A stretch of DNA of 64,000 nucleotides, from NCBI RefSeq assembly GCF_963921235.1, contig NC_086097.1:115260001-115324000 (forward strand), written 5' to 3'. The position numbers were made by a program, and so were the translations under genes. The notes under the pieces were generated by a model, which had not been told where the DNA came from, searched no databases, and was given only the letters and a program-made list of their open reading frames with translations. This DNA is from Mobula hypostoma. Its lineage: Eukaryota. Shown piece by piece: positions 61,571 through 64,000 of this stretch (the first letter of the stretch is position 1; every line of letters starts with the position of its first letter).

Positions 61571-63270
61571 GAGTGTCCTGTGGACTCGGACCCCAAGATC
61601 CCTCTGATCCACCACTCTGCCAAGAGTCTTACCGTTAATACTATATTCTGCCATCATACTTAACCTATCAAAATGAACCACCTCACACTTATCTGGATTG
61701 AACTCCATCTGCCACTTCTTAGCCCAGTTTTGCATCCTATCAATGTCCCGCTGTAACCTCTGACTGCCCTCCATACTATCCACAACACCCCCAACCTTTG
61801 TGTCATCAGCAAATTTACTAACCCATCCCTCCATTTGCTTATCCAGGTCATTTACAGAAATCACAAAGAGCAGGGGTCCCAGAACAGATTCCTGAGGCAC
61901 ACCACTGGTGACCGACCTCCATTCAGAATATGACCCATCTACAACCACTCTTTGCCTTCTCTGGGCAAGCCAACTCTGGATCAACAAAGCAATGTAAGCA
62001 ATGTCCCCTTGGATCCCATGCCTCCTTACTTTCTCAATAACCCTTGCATCAAGTACCTTGTCAAATGCCTTTCTGAAATCCATATACACTACGTCTACTG
62101 CTCTACCTTCATCAAAGTGTTAAGCCACATCCTCAAAAAATTCAATTAGGCTCGTAAGGCACAACTTGCCTTTCACAAAGCCATGCTGACTATTCCTAAT
62201 CATATTATGCCTCTCCAAATGTTCATAAATCCTGCCTCTCAGGATCTTCTCCATCAACTTACCAACCACGGAAGTAAGACTCACTGGTCTATAATTTCCA
62301 GGGCTATCTTTACTCCCTTTCTTGAATAATAGAACAACATCCGCAACCCTCCAATCCTCGGGAACCTCTCCCGTCCCTATTGATGATGCAAAGATCATCG
62401 CCTGAGGCTCAGCAATCTCCTCCCTCGCCTCCTACAGTAGCCTGGGGTACATCTCTAATGGTCCTGATGATTTCAAAAAGCTCCAGCACATCCTCTTTGT
62501 TAATGTCTACATGCTCAAGCTTTTCAGTCTGCTGGAAGTCATCCCTACAGTTGCCAAGATCCTTTTCCGTAGTGAATACTGAAGCAAAGTACTCATTAAG
62601 TACCTCTGCTATCTCCTCCAGTTCCGTACACACGTTTCAACTGTCACACTTGATTGGTTATATTCTCTTACGTCTTATCCTCTTGCTCTTCACATACTTG
62701 TAGAATGCCTTGGGGTTTTCCTTAATCCTGTCCACTAAGGCCATCTCATGGCCCCTACTGGCTCTCCTAATTTCTTTCTTAAACTCCTTCCTGCTAGCCT
62801 TATAATCCTCTAGATCTCTATCATTACCTAATTTTTTGAACCTTTCGTAAGCTCTTCTTTTCTGCTTGACAAGATTTACAACAGCCTTTGTACACCGTGG
62901 TTCCTGTACCCTACCATCCTTTCCCTGTCGCATTGGAACATACCTATGCAGAACTCCATGCAAGTATCCACTGAACATTTGCCACATTTCTTCCGTACAT
63001 TTCCCTGAGAACATCTGTTCCCAATTTATGCTTCCAAGTTACTGCTTGATAGCCTCGTATTTCCCCTTACTCCAATTAAATGCTTTCCTAACTTGTCTGT
63101 TCCTATCCTTCTCCAATGCTATGGTAAAGGAGATAGAATTGTGATCACTATTTCCAAAATGCTCTCCCACTGAGAGATCTGACACCTGACCAGGTTCATT
63201 TCCCAATACCAGATCAAGTACAGCCTCTCCTCTTGTAGGCTTATCTACATATTGTGTCAAGAAACCTTCC
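61571..63270 (-). mobile_element. CR1 internal fragment (D-like family)
   Basis: ORFs 62658-63014, 62120-62398 and 61550-62089 (FADD). Similar to 12460-13305. Confidence 0.92.
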
Positions 63271-63960
63271 TGTTTAATTGTCTGTTCTTGAATCAAATTA
63301 TACATACAAGAAACACATATGTTAATTTTTCCTTTTTGAATTAAAATTTCAATTTCATTAGCTTTTGGCAAAAACATTGTTTGACCCAGCTTACCTATTA
63401 AGTAAGCCCTTAACTGAAAGTAACAAAAGAAAGTATTATTAGATATTTTATATTTATCCTTTAATTGTTCAAATGACATCAATATACCTCGCTCAAAACA
63501 ATCTCCTATAAATTTAATCCCTTTTTGGTACCAATTATATAAAACTTGATTGTCCATTGTAAAAGGAATAAGTCTGTTTTGAAACAAAGGTCTCCTTGCT
63601 AATAGAGATTTCTGTATTTCCTTATCAACATTTATCTTATTCCATAGATCAATCAAGTGTGTTAATATAGGAGATTCTTTCTTTTCCCGTATCCATTTAG
63701 ATTCCCATTTATATATAAAATCTTCAGGTTTATTTTCTCCTATCTTGTCTAGTTCTATTTTAATCCATGCTGGTTTTTGATCATCAAAAAAAGATGCAAT
63801 AAATCTAAGTTAATCATTCTTGAATATTTGACGCCCTTATTTACAAAAGAGAGGATGTCATATTTAAATGCTCCGACAAAGAATTTGGTTACTTGGGGAA
63901 AGTAACGAATAATTATACCAAATTTATTTTGAATCCCATGGAGCATGTGGAAACCTTCCA
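63271..63960 (-). mobile_element. L1-clade ORF2 C-terminal fragment
   Basis: WYQKGIKFIGD..MSFEQLKDKYKI..FFCYFQLRAY parallels 43626-44159. Confidence 0.8.
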
Positions 63961-64000
63961 ATACCCAGGTGGCTCTTTTTTTTTCTTTCTTTCTTTTAGG

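Noticed and set aside
63039..63656. 205-aa ORF that looks like a novel L1-CR1 fusion protein
   Set aside because: Chance in-frame junction at about 63270 between an L1 ORF2 fragment and a truncated CR1 APE fragment. Both flanks are decayed.

Overview
Eukaryotic, AT-rich, repeat-dominated DNA. The repeat mix (many CR1 LINE families, V-SINEs, Rex1, L1, RTE, Penelope-like elements) suggests a vertebrate, probably a cartilaginous fish; this is inference only. No host protein-coding gene could be supported, and nearly all long ORFs are decayed transposon ORFs. The window holds two deep nests of insertions (2025-14725 and 44853-49352), a near full-length L1, a deleted Gypsy element, five copies of a Tc1-derived non-autonomous element, and decayed tRNA-Leu/tRNA-Arg copies. 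The most striking hidden layer is retroelement-borne ribozyme-like RNA. (1) The 3' UTRs of two different HERO-type (RLE) retrotransposons each contain the hammerhead core motifs in a NON-circularly permuted order, with stems I and III covarying between the families. (2) An HDV-like fold heads a short non-coding element. (3) Minimal type I hammerheads sit in Penelope-like ends. Family names come from recalled motifs, not database searches, and boundaries are approximate unless a TSD is quoted.
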